Part shown: positions 36,182-44,324 of the stretch, in pieces
Layout of the letters: each line of letters starts with the position of its first letter
Numbering within the stretch: the first letter of the stretch is position 1
NCBI GenBank assembly: GCA_044220955.1
Contig: JBGAQA010000006.1
Location: 32,001-96,000 of the forward strand
DNA from: Sandaracinaceae bacterium
Lineage (GTDB): Bacteria; Myxococcota_A; Polyangia; Polyangiales; Sandaracinaceae
Reading direction: 5' to 3'
DNA: 64,000 nt
Position numbers and translations under genes: made by a program
The notes under the pieces: generated by a model
Database searches by the model: none
Told to the model about the DNA's origin: nothing
Seen by the model: only the letters and a program-made list of their open reading frames with translations

Positions 36182-37126
36182 TCAGAAGAGCTCGTCGACG
36201 CGCTGCAGCAGGTGGATGGCGCGGCGGCGCGCGACGCGGTTGCCCATGCGTGCGTCCGGGTCGGGGTCGCCCCCGTCGATGATCTCGCGCAAGAGGCTCA
36301 CGAAGAGCGCGCGATCGCCCACGGTCACCGCGTACGTGCCGGCGTACGCCAGCTGGACCACGAACGAGCGACGGTTCGTCGCGAGGAGCGCCCGCTCGAA
36401 GATCTGCTGCCCGCGCGACGGGTCGCCGCCGATCCCCTCGCCCGTCGCGCTCGAGAGGCCGCCGAGGAACGTGAGCCCGGCCGCGTGCTCGAGCGTCTCG
36501 TCGTACGTCACCGCGCGCTCCACGAACGCACGCGTCGTGCTCAGGTCGGCGACCATCTCCGGGTCGCCGCCCGACATCGCGATCGCGGAGCCCCAGGTCA
36601 GGCCCGTCCAGAGCGAGAGCAGCGCGGCCTCGCGCGTGCGCACGTGCTCGTCCAGCCAGCGCGCGATCGAGTCGGGGCCGCCGGCGATCGCCGCGTCGAT
36701 GCCGTGATCGCGTCGACGCAGGAGGTGCACGGCGACGTTGCGCGCGCGCTCGTAGAGGTGGCGCGCCCGTGCGCGCACGCGGTCGGCCTCCTCGAGGTCG
36801 CCGGCGGCCTCCGCGAGATCCGCCTCGTCCTCGATGAAGCCGAACGCGTACGCCGCGTAGGCGCGCACCAGCACGAGCCCGATCGTCTCGTCGTCGGGGA
36901 CGACGGCGAAGACGCCCTCGAGCTGGACGATCGTCGCCGGCATGGCGTCGCCGATGAGCTCGTCGTCCCAGTGGCGCTGCAGCTCGTCGCTGGCGCGCAC
37001 CACCAGATCCCCGCTCGCGTGCGCGGTGAGGCGCGAGGTGTCGCAGCCCAGGCTGCCCGTCGCGGTGAGCAGAGACGTGACCAGCAGGGCGGTCGACTCC
37101 GCTCGCGACGTGCGCACGACCATCAC
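36182..37126 (-). CDS. TRAP transporter TatT component family lipoprotein
   Basis: Lipobox SLGC; 'YAAYAFGFIED', 'LYERAR', 'GGD..GQQIFERAL', 'NRVARRRA'. Confidence 0.82.
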   Translation of the reverse strand: MMVVRTSRAESTALLVTSLLTATGSLGCDTSRLTAHASGDLVVRASDELQRHWDDELIGDAMPATIVQLEGVFAVVPDDETIGLVLVRAYAAYAFGFIEDEADLAEAAGDLEEADRVRARARHLYERARNVAVHLLRRRDHGIDAAIAGGPDSIARWLDEHVRTREAALLSLWTGLTWGSAIAMSGGDPEMVADLSTTRAFVERAVTYDETLEHAAGLTFLGGLSSATGEGIGGDPSRGQQIFERALLATNRRSFVVQLAYAGTYAVTVGDRALFVSLLREIIDGGDPDPDARMGNRVARRRAIHLLQRVDELF

Positions 37127-37131
37127 GGTAG

Positions 37132-37205
37132 CGGACCCAGGAGGATTCGAACCTCCGACAACTGGTTCCGTAGACCAGTGCTCTATCCAGCTGAGCTATG
37201 GGTCC
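37132..37205 (-). tRNA. tRNA-Arg(ACG)
   Basis: GGACCCA/TGGGTCC acceptor; CTGGT-CTACGGA-ACCAG; GGTTCGAATCC. Confidence 0.97.
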
Positions 37206-37218
37206 CGAGGGGAGGCGG

Positions 37219-37246
37219 ATGATAGCGGCCGACTTTCGTCTGTCAA
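37219..37246 (-). promoter_or_regulatory. sigma70 promoter of tRNA-Arg
   Basis: TTGACA-N16-TATCAT. Confidence 0.7.
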
Positions 37247-37292
37247 ACGTGGCGAAGCCCCGCCGTCTTCGGTTCGTCGCGGTGATCAGTTC

Positions 37293-37320
37293 TTGACGCC
37301 TCGGGGCTCGCTGCTAGTTT
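37293..37320 (+). promoter_or_regulatory. sigma70 promoter of tRNA-Ser(CGA)
   Basis: TTGACG-N16-TAGTTT with TG extension. Confidence 0.6.
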
Positions 37321-37327
37321 CGCCCGC

Positions 37328-37414
37328 GGAGAGCTGGCCGAGTGGTCGAAGGCGCTTGATTCGAAATCAAGTGAACCGGTAACGGTTCCAAGGGTTCGAA
37401 TCCCTTGCTCTCCG
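37328..37414 (+). tRNA. tRNA-Ser(CGA)
   Basis: GGAGAGC/GCTCTCC; CTTGA-TTCGAAA-TCAAG; long variable arm. Confidence 0.97.
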
Positions 37415-37476
37415 TTTCGGCGTCGCGTGCGCGACGCGAGGGGGCCCGCTGGGCACCCCTAGCCCCCGTACTGCAC

Positions 37477-37505
37477 GGCCTCGCTTCGCGAGGCCTCTTT
37501 TTCTT
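37477..37505 (+). terminator. Intrinsic terminator-like hairpin between two tRNA-Ser genes
   Basis: GGCCTCGC-TTC-GCGAGGCC followed by TCTTTTTCTT. Confidence 0.7.
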
Positions 37506-37525
37506 GGTTCGCGGAGCTGTTCCTG

Positions 37526-37613
37526 GGAGAGGTGACCGAGCGGTCGAAGGTGCACGACTGGAAATCGTGTGTACGGCAAAACCGTACCGCGGGTTCGAAT
37601 CCCGCCCTCTCCG
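37526..37613 (+). tRNA. tRNA-Ser(GGA)
   Basis: GGAGAGG/CCTCTCC; CACGA-CTGGAAA-TCGTG. Confidence 0.97.
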
Positions 37614-37617
37614 TGTC

Positions 37618-38208
37618 CTAGTTCTTCGAGCTCTTCTTTCGTGTGCGGCGCGGGCCGAGCCCGATCGTGAGGGCGACCGCGAGCACCGCCGCGATCTCGC
37701 CGCCCGAGGCGCGTGTGACCGAGCAGCTGGCGCAGCCGCCGCGCGCGGGCGGCGTGCGCACGGTCGCCGGCTCCTCGGCGGGCGCGTCGACGATGTCGAC
37801 GGGCACCACGCCCGAGCCGAGCATCGCGCGGTCGTCGTCGGCATCCTCCATCGGGCGGGTGCGCGAGCAGAGCGAGACCCGATAGGCGTCGCTCTCCACC
37901 CCGCTGGCGTAGACGAGGTAGCTCCGGCCGACCTCGAACGAGTAGCCGCACGCGGCCTCGGTCTCCGCCGTCACGACCTCGACGTGCTCGTGCTCGGCGG
38001 CCAGCCACGTCTGCACCACGTCGAGGTGCACGTGCCGCGTGCCTTCCGCGACCTCGACCGACGCGACGCGCGCCTCGAAGATGGCCGCCGCCCCGGCGCG
38101 GGCCGCCTCGAAGGGCTGCTCCATGCAGGAGCAGGCGCTCGCCCGGCCCGGGACGAGCCACGCGATCGCGAGCAGCAGGAGGGAAAGGTATCGGCCCGTC
38201 GTTGACAC
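37618..38208 (-). CDS. TIMP/NTR-like secreted protein with MYXO-CTERM-like anchor
   Basis: Signal peptide ASA|CSC; 'AACGYSFEVGRSYLVYA..SLCSRT'; 'GGCASC'-TM-basic tail. Confidence 0.8.
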   Translation of the reverse strand: MSTTGRYLSLLLLAIAWLVPGRASACSCMEQPFEAARAGAAAIFEARVASVEVAEGTRHVHLDVVQTWLAAEHEHVEVVTAETEAACGYSFEVGRSYLVYASGVESDAYRVSLCSRTRPMEDADDDRAMLGSGVVPVDIVDAPAEEPATVRTPPARGGCASCSVTRASGGEIAAVLAVALTIGLGPRRTRKKSSKN

Positions 38209-38230
38209 GCTCGTCCTGCCCCGCTAGTAA
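38202..38230 (+). promoter_or_regulatory. sigma70 promoter of tRNA-Ser(GCT)
   Basis: TTGACA-N17-TAGTAA. Confidence 0.65.
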
Positions 38231-38243
38231 CGCTGCCGCCTCG

Positions 38244-38331
38244 GGAGAGGTGGCCGAGTGGTCGAAGGCACTCCCTTGCTAAGGGAGCGTACGCCAAAAG
38301 CGTACCGTGGGTTCGAATCCCACCCTCTCCG
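38244..38331 (+). tRNA. tRNA-Ser(GCT)
   Basis: GGAGAGG/CCTCTCC; CTCCC-TTGCTAA-GGGAG. Confidence 0.97.
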
Positions 38332-38370
38332 TCCCGTCGCTCCGACGTCCGAGCCGGCGATGAACGCCCG

Positions 38371-40791
38371 TCACTGCGGCGCGTCGGTGTGCGCGGGCCG
38401 CGTGAGCTCCGCGAGCATCGCGCGGGCGTCCTCGGCGCCGGGGCCGGCCGCGTCTCGGGCCGCCATGAGCAGGCCGAGCTCGTGCATCTGGCCGAGCACG
38501 TGCGCGACGAGCACGCGGCGATCGGCGTCGGGGCCGGTCAGGTCGGCCAGCAGGCGCGAGCGGATCTCGGGGGCCGTCAGGCCGTGCAGGCCCGACCAGC
38601 CGCTCTCGAGGCGGGTCGAGAACGACTGCCACGCGTAGCCCTGGCGGTTGTCCCCGTCGCCGTCGTTGAGGATCTGCGCGACGCGCAGTCGCCGGTGCAC
38701 CTGGCCCGACTCCCAGAGGTCCGTCGTGACGAGGTTGAAGAAGTCGTTCTCGGCGTTCATCAGCGCGTCCTGCAGCGACTGGCGCAGATCGTCGTCCTCG
38801 CCGAGCTTCGCCAGGAGCGCCCGCGCGCCGGCCTCGTTGCCGCCCAGGCAGATCGCGATTGCCGCGTCGAAGGCGAGCTGCTCGTTGTCGAGCAGCGAGA
38901 TCAGGCGCTCGTCGTTCGCGGGATCGGCCGCGTAGCCGATGGCGATCGCGGCGGGGTGCCGCACGTCGGGCGGCGTGGCCGGGTTCGTGAGCAGCTCCAT
39001 GAGGCGACCGGCGACGACGCGGCTCGGGTGCTGCCAGAGCGCGCCGAGGTAGTAGCGGCGCGCGGCCTCGTCGAGGTCCGTCTGCTGGATCTTGCCGATC
39101 ACCTGCTCGACGATCTCGTCCGTGGCGACCGCGCCGAGCGCCAGGCCCGCGTCGTTGCGCAGGCGGATGTCGTCCTGGGCATCCTCGATGATCGTCATGA
39201 GCGCCTCGGCGGCCTCCGGGCGGCCATAGCGTCCGATCGCGCGCACCGCGGCGGTTCGGTTGTTGTACTCCATCTCGTGCGGCACACCGGCCATGCCCTG
39301 GTACGCCGAGAAGTCGACGTTGCGCGGGCGCGGGATCATTCGCATGAGCGTGTCGTAGCCGGCGTCGTCGTTCAGCTCCGCCAGGGCCATCGCGGCGGAC
39401 GCGATGTCGTCGCCGTCGAGGTGCGCTGCGATGTCGTGGCCCGCGCTCGCGACGCCCGAGCGCCCGAGCACGCGGAGCACCGAGGCACGCCGGCCGAGGA
39501 AGCGGTCGTCGCTCAGCATCGGCAAGAGGGCCGGCACCATCTCGGGGGTGTGGACCAGCATGAGCATGTCGAGCGCGTCGCGGCCCGTCTCGAGGCTCTC
39601 GCTCTGCGCGAGCGTCACGAGCACGGGAACCGCGCGCGCGTCGCCGACCTCCGCGAGGCCGCTGGCGGCTTCGATGCGGAGGTGCTCGTCCGCGCTCGTC
39701 AGCTGCGTCGCCAGCGCGTCCGCGCCCGCGGGGTCGTGCGTCGCGCGCAGCATGCCCACGAGGTCGGTGCGCGTCGCGTCGTCGTTCGCCTGTGCGAGCA
39801 GGACGGTGAGGCCGCGCGCGCCCGTGGAGTTGCCGAGCGCCTCGACGACGGCGTGGTGCATCGTCGGGTTGGACGTCATCAGGCTGAAGAGCGGCCCGGC
39901 AGCGCGCGGATCGCCCACGCGCCCGAGGCCCGACACGCACGCGCGGATCACGCCGTCGTGGCCCTCGCGGTGCGAGTCCTCTTCGTCGGCCGCCTCGAGC
40001 TGCTGCTCGTGCTCGATCATGTGCGAGAGCGGCGCGATGACGTCGGGCGTCGCGGCCTCGGACAGCGCCTGGGCGACGAGGGTGCGCACGCCGATCGACT
40101 CGTGGTCGGTCAGCTCCGCCGAGCTGAGGCGCTCGACGCCGATCGCCTGCTGCACGATGCGCGGATCCCAGCCGGGCTGGTTCTGCAGCGTGCCGGCCGC
40201 GAACTCGCTGATGATCGCGTCGGCGGCGGGCGCCTGGTGCAGGATCGCCAAGGCCCAGACCACGGGCGCGCGATCGGTGATGTCGCACGTCGGGAGGACA
40301 CGGAGCAGCGCCGGCGCCGCCGTGTCCGCGGCGGGCGAGCCGATCTGGGCGATCGCGCGCGCCGCGTGCGCGCGGATGGGCCCCGCCTCGTCGAGCAGCG
40401 GGATGAGCAGCGGCACCGCCTGGGCGTCGTGGTGCTCGCCGAGCTCGCTGATGTACTCCTCGCGGACGTCGGTGAACGTCTGGTTCGGCAGATCGGCGCG
40501 GATCTGCGCGAGGTAGTCCTCGACGGAGTCGGCCTCCTGCGCGCGCCGGAACGCGTCCCAGCGGTGGCCGGAGGCCTGGTCGCGCTGGTAGTAGGTGTAG
40601 CCGGCGAAGCCCAGCGCGCCGAGCATCAGCGTGCCGACGAGCACGGCGGCGACGCTCGAGTGGCTCCCGATCTTGCGCGCGTTCGCGTCGTCGTCGTCGC
40701 CGAGGCTCGCCGCCACCTTCGACAGCTCATCGGTCGTATCGACGTTGCCGGGGACTGCGGGGAGATCGTTCGGGTCGAGGTCGTCGCTCAT
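38371..40791 (-). CDS. Membrane-anchored HEAT/PBS-lyase repeat protein
   Basis: N-terminal TM, then many 'R.AA.ALG.IG..AVP.L' repeats. Confidence 0.85.
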   Translation of the reverse strand: MSDDLDPNDLPAVPGNVDTTDELSKVAASLGDDDDANARKIGSHSSVAAVLVGTLMLGALGFAGYTYYQRDQASGHRWDAFRRAQEADSVEDYLAQIRADLPNQTFTDVREEYISELGEHHDAQAVPLLIPLLDEAGPIRAHAARAIAQIGSPAADTAAPALLRVLPTCDITDRAPVVWALAILHQAPAADAIISEFAAGTLQNQPGWDPRIVQQAIGVERLSSAELTDHESIGVRTLVAQALSEAATPDVIAPLSHMIEHEQQLEAADEEDSHREGHDGVIRACVSGLGRVGDPRAAGPLFSLMTSNPTMHHAVVEALGNSTGARGLTVLLAQANDDATRTDLVGMLRATHDPAGADALATQLTSADEHLRIEAASGLAEVGDARAVPVLVTLAQSESLETGRDALDMLMLVHTPEMVPALLPMLSDDRFLGRRASVLRVLGRSGVASAGHDIAAHLDGDDIASAAMALAELNDDAGYDTLMRMIPRPRNVDFSAYQGMAGVPHEMEYNNRTAAVRAIGRYGRPEAAEALMTIIEDAQDDIRLRNDAGLALGAVATDEIVEQVIGKIQQTDLDEAARRYYLGALWQHPSRVVAGRLMELLTNPATPPDVRHPAAIAIGYAADPANDERLISLLDNEQLAFDAAIAICLGGNEAGARALLAKLGEDDDLRQSLQDALMNAENDFFNLVTTDLWESGQVHRRLRVAQILNDGDGDNRQGYAWQSFSTRLESGWSGLHGLTAPEIRSRLLADLTGPDADRRVLVAHVLGQMHELGLLMAARDAAGPGAEDARAMLAELTRPAHTDAPQ

Positions 40792-40919
40792 GGCTCGTCA
40801 CTCACTGGAGGAGGCGTCGAAGACGCGATTGTCTCTTCTCCCGGGCCCATAGAAAGAGGTACGCCCGGCGGCGCGCAGAGTAACGAATGGGTGGAAGGGC
40901 TGTAAACAGCCCTCGTCGG

Positions 40920-42938
40920 TCACTCGCCGAACGGGACCAGGTCTTCTCCGGACGAGCCGCCCCAGTCGTCCGAGGCCGCGGTGCTCGGCGGGGGCGCGGT
41001 CGTCGTCGGCGGCGGGGGCGCGGTCGCCACGCTCGTCTCGGGAGGCGTGTCCGATGTGGCTCCGGTCGTCGGTGGCGGTGGGCCTCCCGATCCGGGCGCC
41101 TGCGCGGCGCTGGTGTCGACCGGCGTGCCCGGCGCCGTGGTCGTGCCCGCGACCCCGGCGAGCGTCACGATCGTGGTCGGAGGCGGGGTCCCCGGGATCG
41201 TGGGGGCGGCCGTGCCCTGCGTGGTGCCGGGTGCGCGCGGCTGGGGGGGCGGGGGCGGCGCGCTCGCCTCGACCAGGCCGGTCGCCGTCATCTCCGAGTG
41301 CTGCGCGACGACGGGGCCGTGATGGTGGGTCGGCAGCGGGTCGAGCGTGATCGTCGCGACCGGCGCGATATCGAGGAACTGGATGTCGTGCGGAACGAAG
41401 CCGTCCGCGCGCACCTCCAGCAAGTGGGGAATGCCGTCGTGGGCGACCGACCCGGCGTAGGATCCGGTGCCGACGACGGTGCCGTCGAGGACGATCTCGG
41501 CGCTGGCCGGGACCGCCCGCAGGCGCACGTCGATCAGGGTCGCGGCGGGCGCGGCGACCGTCGTGGGCGGCGCGCTCACGGATGTCGTGGGCGGCGGCGT
41601 CGCGACGCCGGTGGCGGGCGGCGGCGCGCTCCCGGCTGCCGCGGCCAGCTGCTCGTGCGCGAGCGTGGTCCCGACGACGAAGGCGATGCCGATGGCCCCG
41701 GCGACGCAGGCGACGGCGATCACGGCGAGCAGGACCGGCGAGCGCGACCTCGGCGCTGCGGGCACCGGCTCGCTGGTGCGCGGCGGCCGCACCGACGCAC
41801 GCGCGTCGAGTGTCGGTCCGGTCGCGAGGCCGGCGCCTGTGCTCGAAGCGCGTGCAGTGAACGCCGGCTGTGCTTGCCCCGGGGTCGAGAACGCCGGCGG
41901 GCGGGTGGAGGGCAGGGCGGACGGGCCGCTGCCCCGCGACTGCGACGGCGCGTCCGCCGTCGCGAACGACGAAGGGAGCGGCACCGGGACCGATGACGTC
42001 GCGTGCTCCGGGCGCGCGGCGGGGATCGGGATGCTCGAGCGCAGGGCGGTGTTGAGGGGCCCGACCTGGAACGCGTGCCCCCACATCGCCGCGCCGCGCG
42101 GCGATGCGTAGGGAAGCAAGGCCGCGCCGACCTCGCGCATCGACGCGTAGCGCAGCGCCGGATCGCGCTCGGTCATGCGGTCGATGATGGCCGTGAAGTG
42201 CCGCGGCAGGTCCGGACGCACCACGCCGAGCCGGATCGCGCCCTGCGTCGAGACGCGGTGGACGACCTCGAGCACCGAGTCTCCGACGAGCGCGCGCCGG
42301 CCGGTGACGAGCTCGAAGAGCACCAGCCCCAGCGAGAACTGGTCGCTGCGCCCGTCCACGGAGCGCGCGCTCTGCGCCTGCTCGGGGGACATGTAGTGCG
42401 GCGTGCCCATGAAGTGCGCGGTCTTGGTCATGCGCACCTCGTCCTCGATGGCCGAGATGCCGAAGTCGAGGACCATCGGGTGCACGTCGGTGCCGCTGCG
42501 CGAGCGCGACAGGAAGATGTTCTCCGGCTTGAGGTCGCGGTGCACGATGCCCGCGTCGTGTGCCGCCTGCAGCGCGTCGCAAACCGGCAGGGCGATGTCC
42601 GCGATCGCGTCGGAGCCGAGCGGACCGTGGCGCCGGATCAGGCCGGCGAGCGACTCGCCGTCGAGCAGCTCCATCACCAGGAACGGCGTGCCGTCCTCCA
42701 TGCCGACGTCGGTGACGTCGATCACGTGGCCGTGGTGGATCCGCGAGGCCGCGCGCCCCTCGCGCGTGAAGCGCGCGACGGCGCTCGCGTCGCGGGCGAA
42801 CTGCTCGTGCAGCGTCTTGATGGCGACGCGCTTCTGCAGCCGCTCGTGCACGCCCTCGAAGACCGCGCCCATCCCGCCCTCGCCGATCTTGCGAACGACG
42901 CGGTAGCCGCCGAGCTTCGTTCCCTCTACGATCTGCAT
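40920..42938 (-). CDS. Membrane Ser/Thr kinase with extracytoplasmic PEGA-like domain
   Basis: Start MQIVEGTKLGGY; HRDLKPEN, DFG; TM; 'AVPASAEIVLDG..LEVRADGF'. Confidence 0.93.
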   Translation of the reverse strand: MQIVEGTKLGGYRVVRKIGEGGMGAVFEGVHERLQKRVAIKTLHEQFARDASAVARFTREGRAASRIHHGHVIDVTDVGMEDGTPFLVMELLDGESLAGLIRRHGPLGSDAIADIALPVCDALQAAHDAGIVHRDLKPENIFLSRSRSGTDVHPMVLDFGISAIEDEVRMTKTAHFMGTPHYMSPEQAQSARSVDGRSDQFSLGLVLFELVTGRRALVGDSVLEVVHRVSTQGAIRLGVVRPDLPRHFTAIIDRMTERDPALRYASMREVGAALLPYASPRGAAMWGHAFQVGPLNTALRSSIPIPAARPEHATSSVPVPLPSSFATADAPSQSRGSGPSALPSTRPPAFSTPGQAQPAFTARASSTGAGLATGPTLDARASVRPPRTSEPVPAAPRSRSPVLLAVIAVACVAGAIGIAFVVGTTLAHEQLAAAAGSAPPPATGVATPPPTTSVSAPPTTVAAPAATLIDVRLRAVPASAEIVLDGTVVGTGSYAGSVAHDGIPHLLEVRADGFVPHDIQFLDIAPVATITLDPLPTHHHGPVVAQHSEMTATGLVEASAPPPPPQPRAPGTTQGTAAPTIPGTPPPTTIVTLAGVAGTTTAPGTPVDTSAAQAPGSGGPPPPTTGATSDTPPETSVATAPPPPTTTAPPPSTAASDDWGGSSGEDLVPFGE

Positions 42939-43059
42939 CGGGCTCGCCGGAACGGTGCCACGGACCGCGGCCGGCGCACAAAGAGTACGTCCAGGCGGAC
43001 ACGGCACCCCCCGGCGTCGATGCCCGAGAACAGGCTCGCGGCATATTCCGATGCTGCGT

Positions 43060-43923
43060 TCAGCCCGGCCAAGCTCGGGTGGACGCGAGCTCGGGGACGA
43101 GGGCGAGCACCTCTGCCAGCGAAGCTCCGTCGATCCAGCGCCGACGCTCGGCCGAGACGTCGATGCCGAGCCTCGTACAGAGCGCGACCAGGGACGCTCG
43201 CGCGGCCTCGGTCGCGTCTGCGTCGGCACGTGCCGCACCTCTCGCCTCGCCTCTCGCCTCGCCTCTCGCCTCGCCTCTCGCCTCGCCTCTCGCCTCGCCC
43301 CTCGCCTCGAGCGCCGCGACGAGGTCCGGACGCCGCGCGCCGAGCGCCCCGAGCACTGCCTCGTCGGCGCGCGCGGAGTCGAGGAGCGCGCGGATCGGGA
43401 GCGCCGGATCGAGGCACGCCTCGACGATCGTCTCGTCTCGGTGCATCGGACGCCAGCGATCGAGGCGGCGATCCCACTCCATGATGCGCTCCTTGGCGAC
43501 CATGAGGGCGAACACGCGTCTCACGCCGCGGCGCGAGAGCTCACGCGCCTTCTTCGTGGGCACCGAGAGCGCCTGTTTCCAGACGACCTCGAACGCGATC
43601 ACCTCCAGCCGCCGGCCGCCGGTGTCGGGATCGGGTCCGTCGGGGTAGATGCTCGCGTCGGGGGCGAAGTCGCTCACGGCGCTCGTGCGGGTGAGCATGT
43701 CGAGCGCCGCGATGAACCCAGGCGCGGTGTGCGCCTTGAGCAGGTAGGCCAGATCCGCGTGCCGCGTCGCGTGCGGCGGGTCCGCGCCCGGCACGATCAG
43801 AACCTCCCCGTCGAGGATCTCGACGCCGGACCCCGGCATGACCAGCCGCTCGTCCACGGCCGGCAGCTCTCGCTTCGTTCGCGCGTTTCCGCTCTTCGCC
43901 ACGCCATCGTCAGTGTACGGCAT
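43060..43923 (-). CDS. Uma2-family PD-(D/E)XK endonuclease with (EARG)6 repeat tail
   Basis: 'EILDGEV..ADPPHA', 'FAPDASI', 'LEVIAFEV', 'KARELSRRGVRRVF'. Confidence 0.85.
   Translation of the reverse strand: MPYTDDGVAKSGNARTKRELPAVDERLVMPGSGVEILDGEVLIVPGADPPHATRHADLAYLLKAHTAPGFIAALDMLTRTSAVSDFAPDASIYPDGPDPDTGGRRLEVIAFEVVWKQALSVPTKKARELSRRGVRRVFALMVAKERIMEWDRRLDRWRPMHRDETIVEACLDPALPIRALLDSARADEAVLGALGARRPDLVAALEARGEARGEARGEARGEARGEARGAARADADATEAARASLVALCTRLGIDVSAERRRWIDGASLAEVLALVPELASTRAWPG
43238..43309. repeat. 12-bp tandem repeat x6 (CCTCTCGCCTCG)
   Basis: Five perfect units and one variant unit. Confidence 0.95.
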
Positions 43924-43989
43924 CGCCGTCCTCCGCGTGACTGGACGCAGGAGCGGGTGCGGACTGACGCTCGGGGGGCGCCGTCGGGG

Positions 43990-44307
43990 TCAGATGGGGT
44001 GGATCGCGAGGCCGGGCCCGAGCCGTCGGATGTCGTCGGGATCGCGGGTCACGACCCGCTGCCCTCGCCGGATCCCGCAGCGCGCCACGTGTGCGTCGGT
44101 GACATCGGCGGTCCGGGTCCGGGCAAGGAGGAGCCCGACCGCGCGTGCCTCCGCGTCGTCGAGCGCGACGACCTCGACGTTGGGCATCCGGAGGAACGCC
44201 GCGAGTCGCGCCTGCCGCGCGGGTGCTCGCCAAGCCTGGGCGACGCACGAGGCCGGTACCGTGATCCGCTCGTCGTCCTCGCGGGCGGCATGAACCAAGA
44301 CGAGCAC
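43990..44307 (-). pseudogene. PIN/VapC-like toxin lacking its N-terminus; no antitoxin adjacent
   Basis: 'VPASCVAQAWR..DVTDAHV..VVTRDPDDIRRL' PIN pattern; the first beta strand with catalytic Asp is absent; only 17 bp to the upstream gene's stop. Confidence 0.7.
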
Positions 44308-44324
44308 GGGGAGAGGGCTCTCGG

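Noticed and set aside
42939..43238. 100-aa N-terminal extension of the kinase starting at a GTG right after the GAGG-rich repeat
   Set aside because: Overlaps the Uma2 gene out of frame and has non-protein-like composition; most likely a chance open frame.
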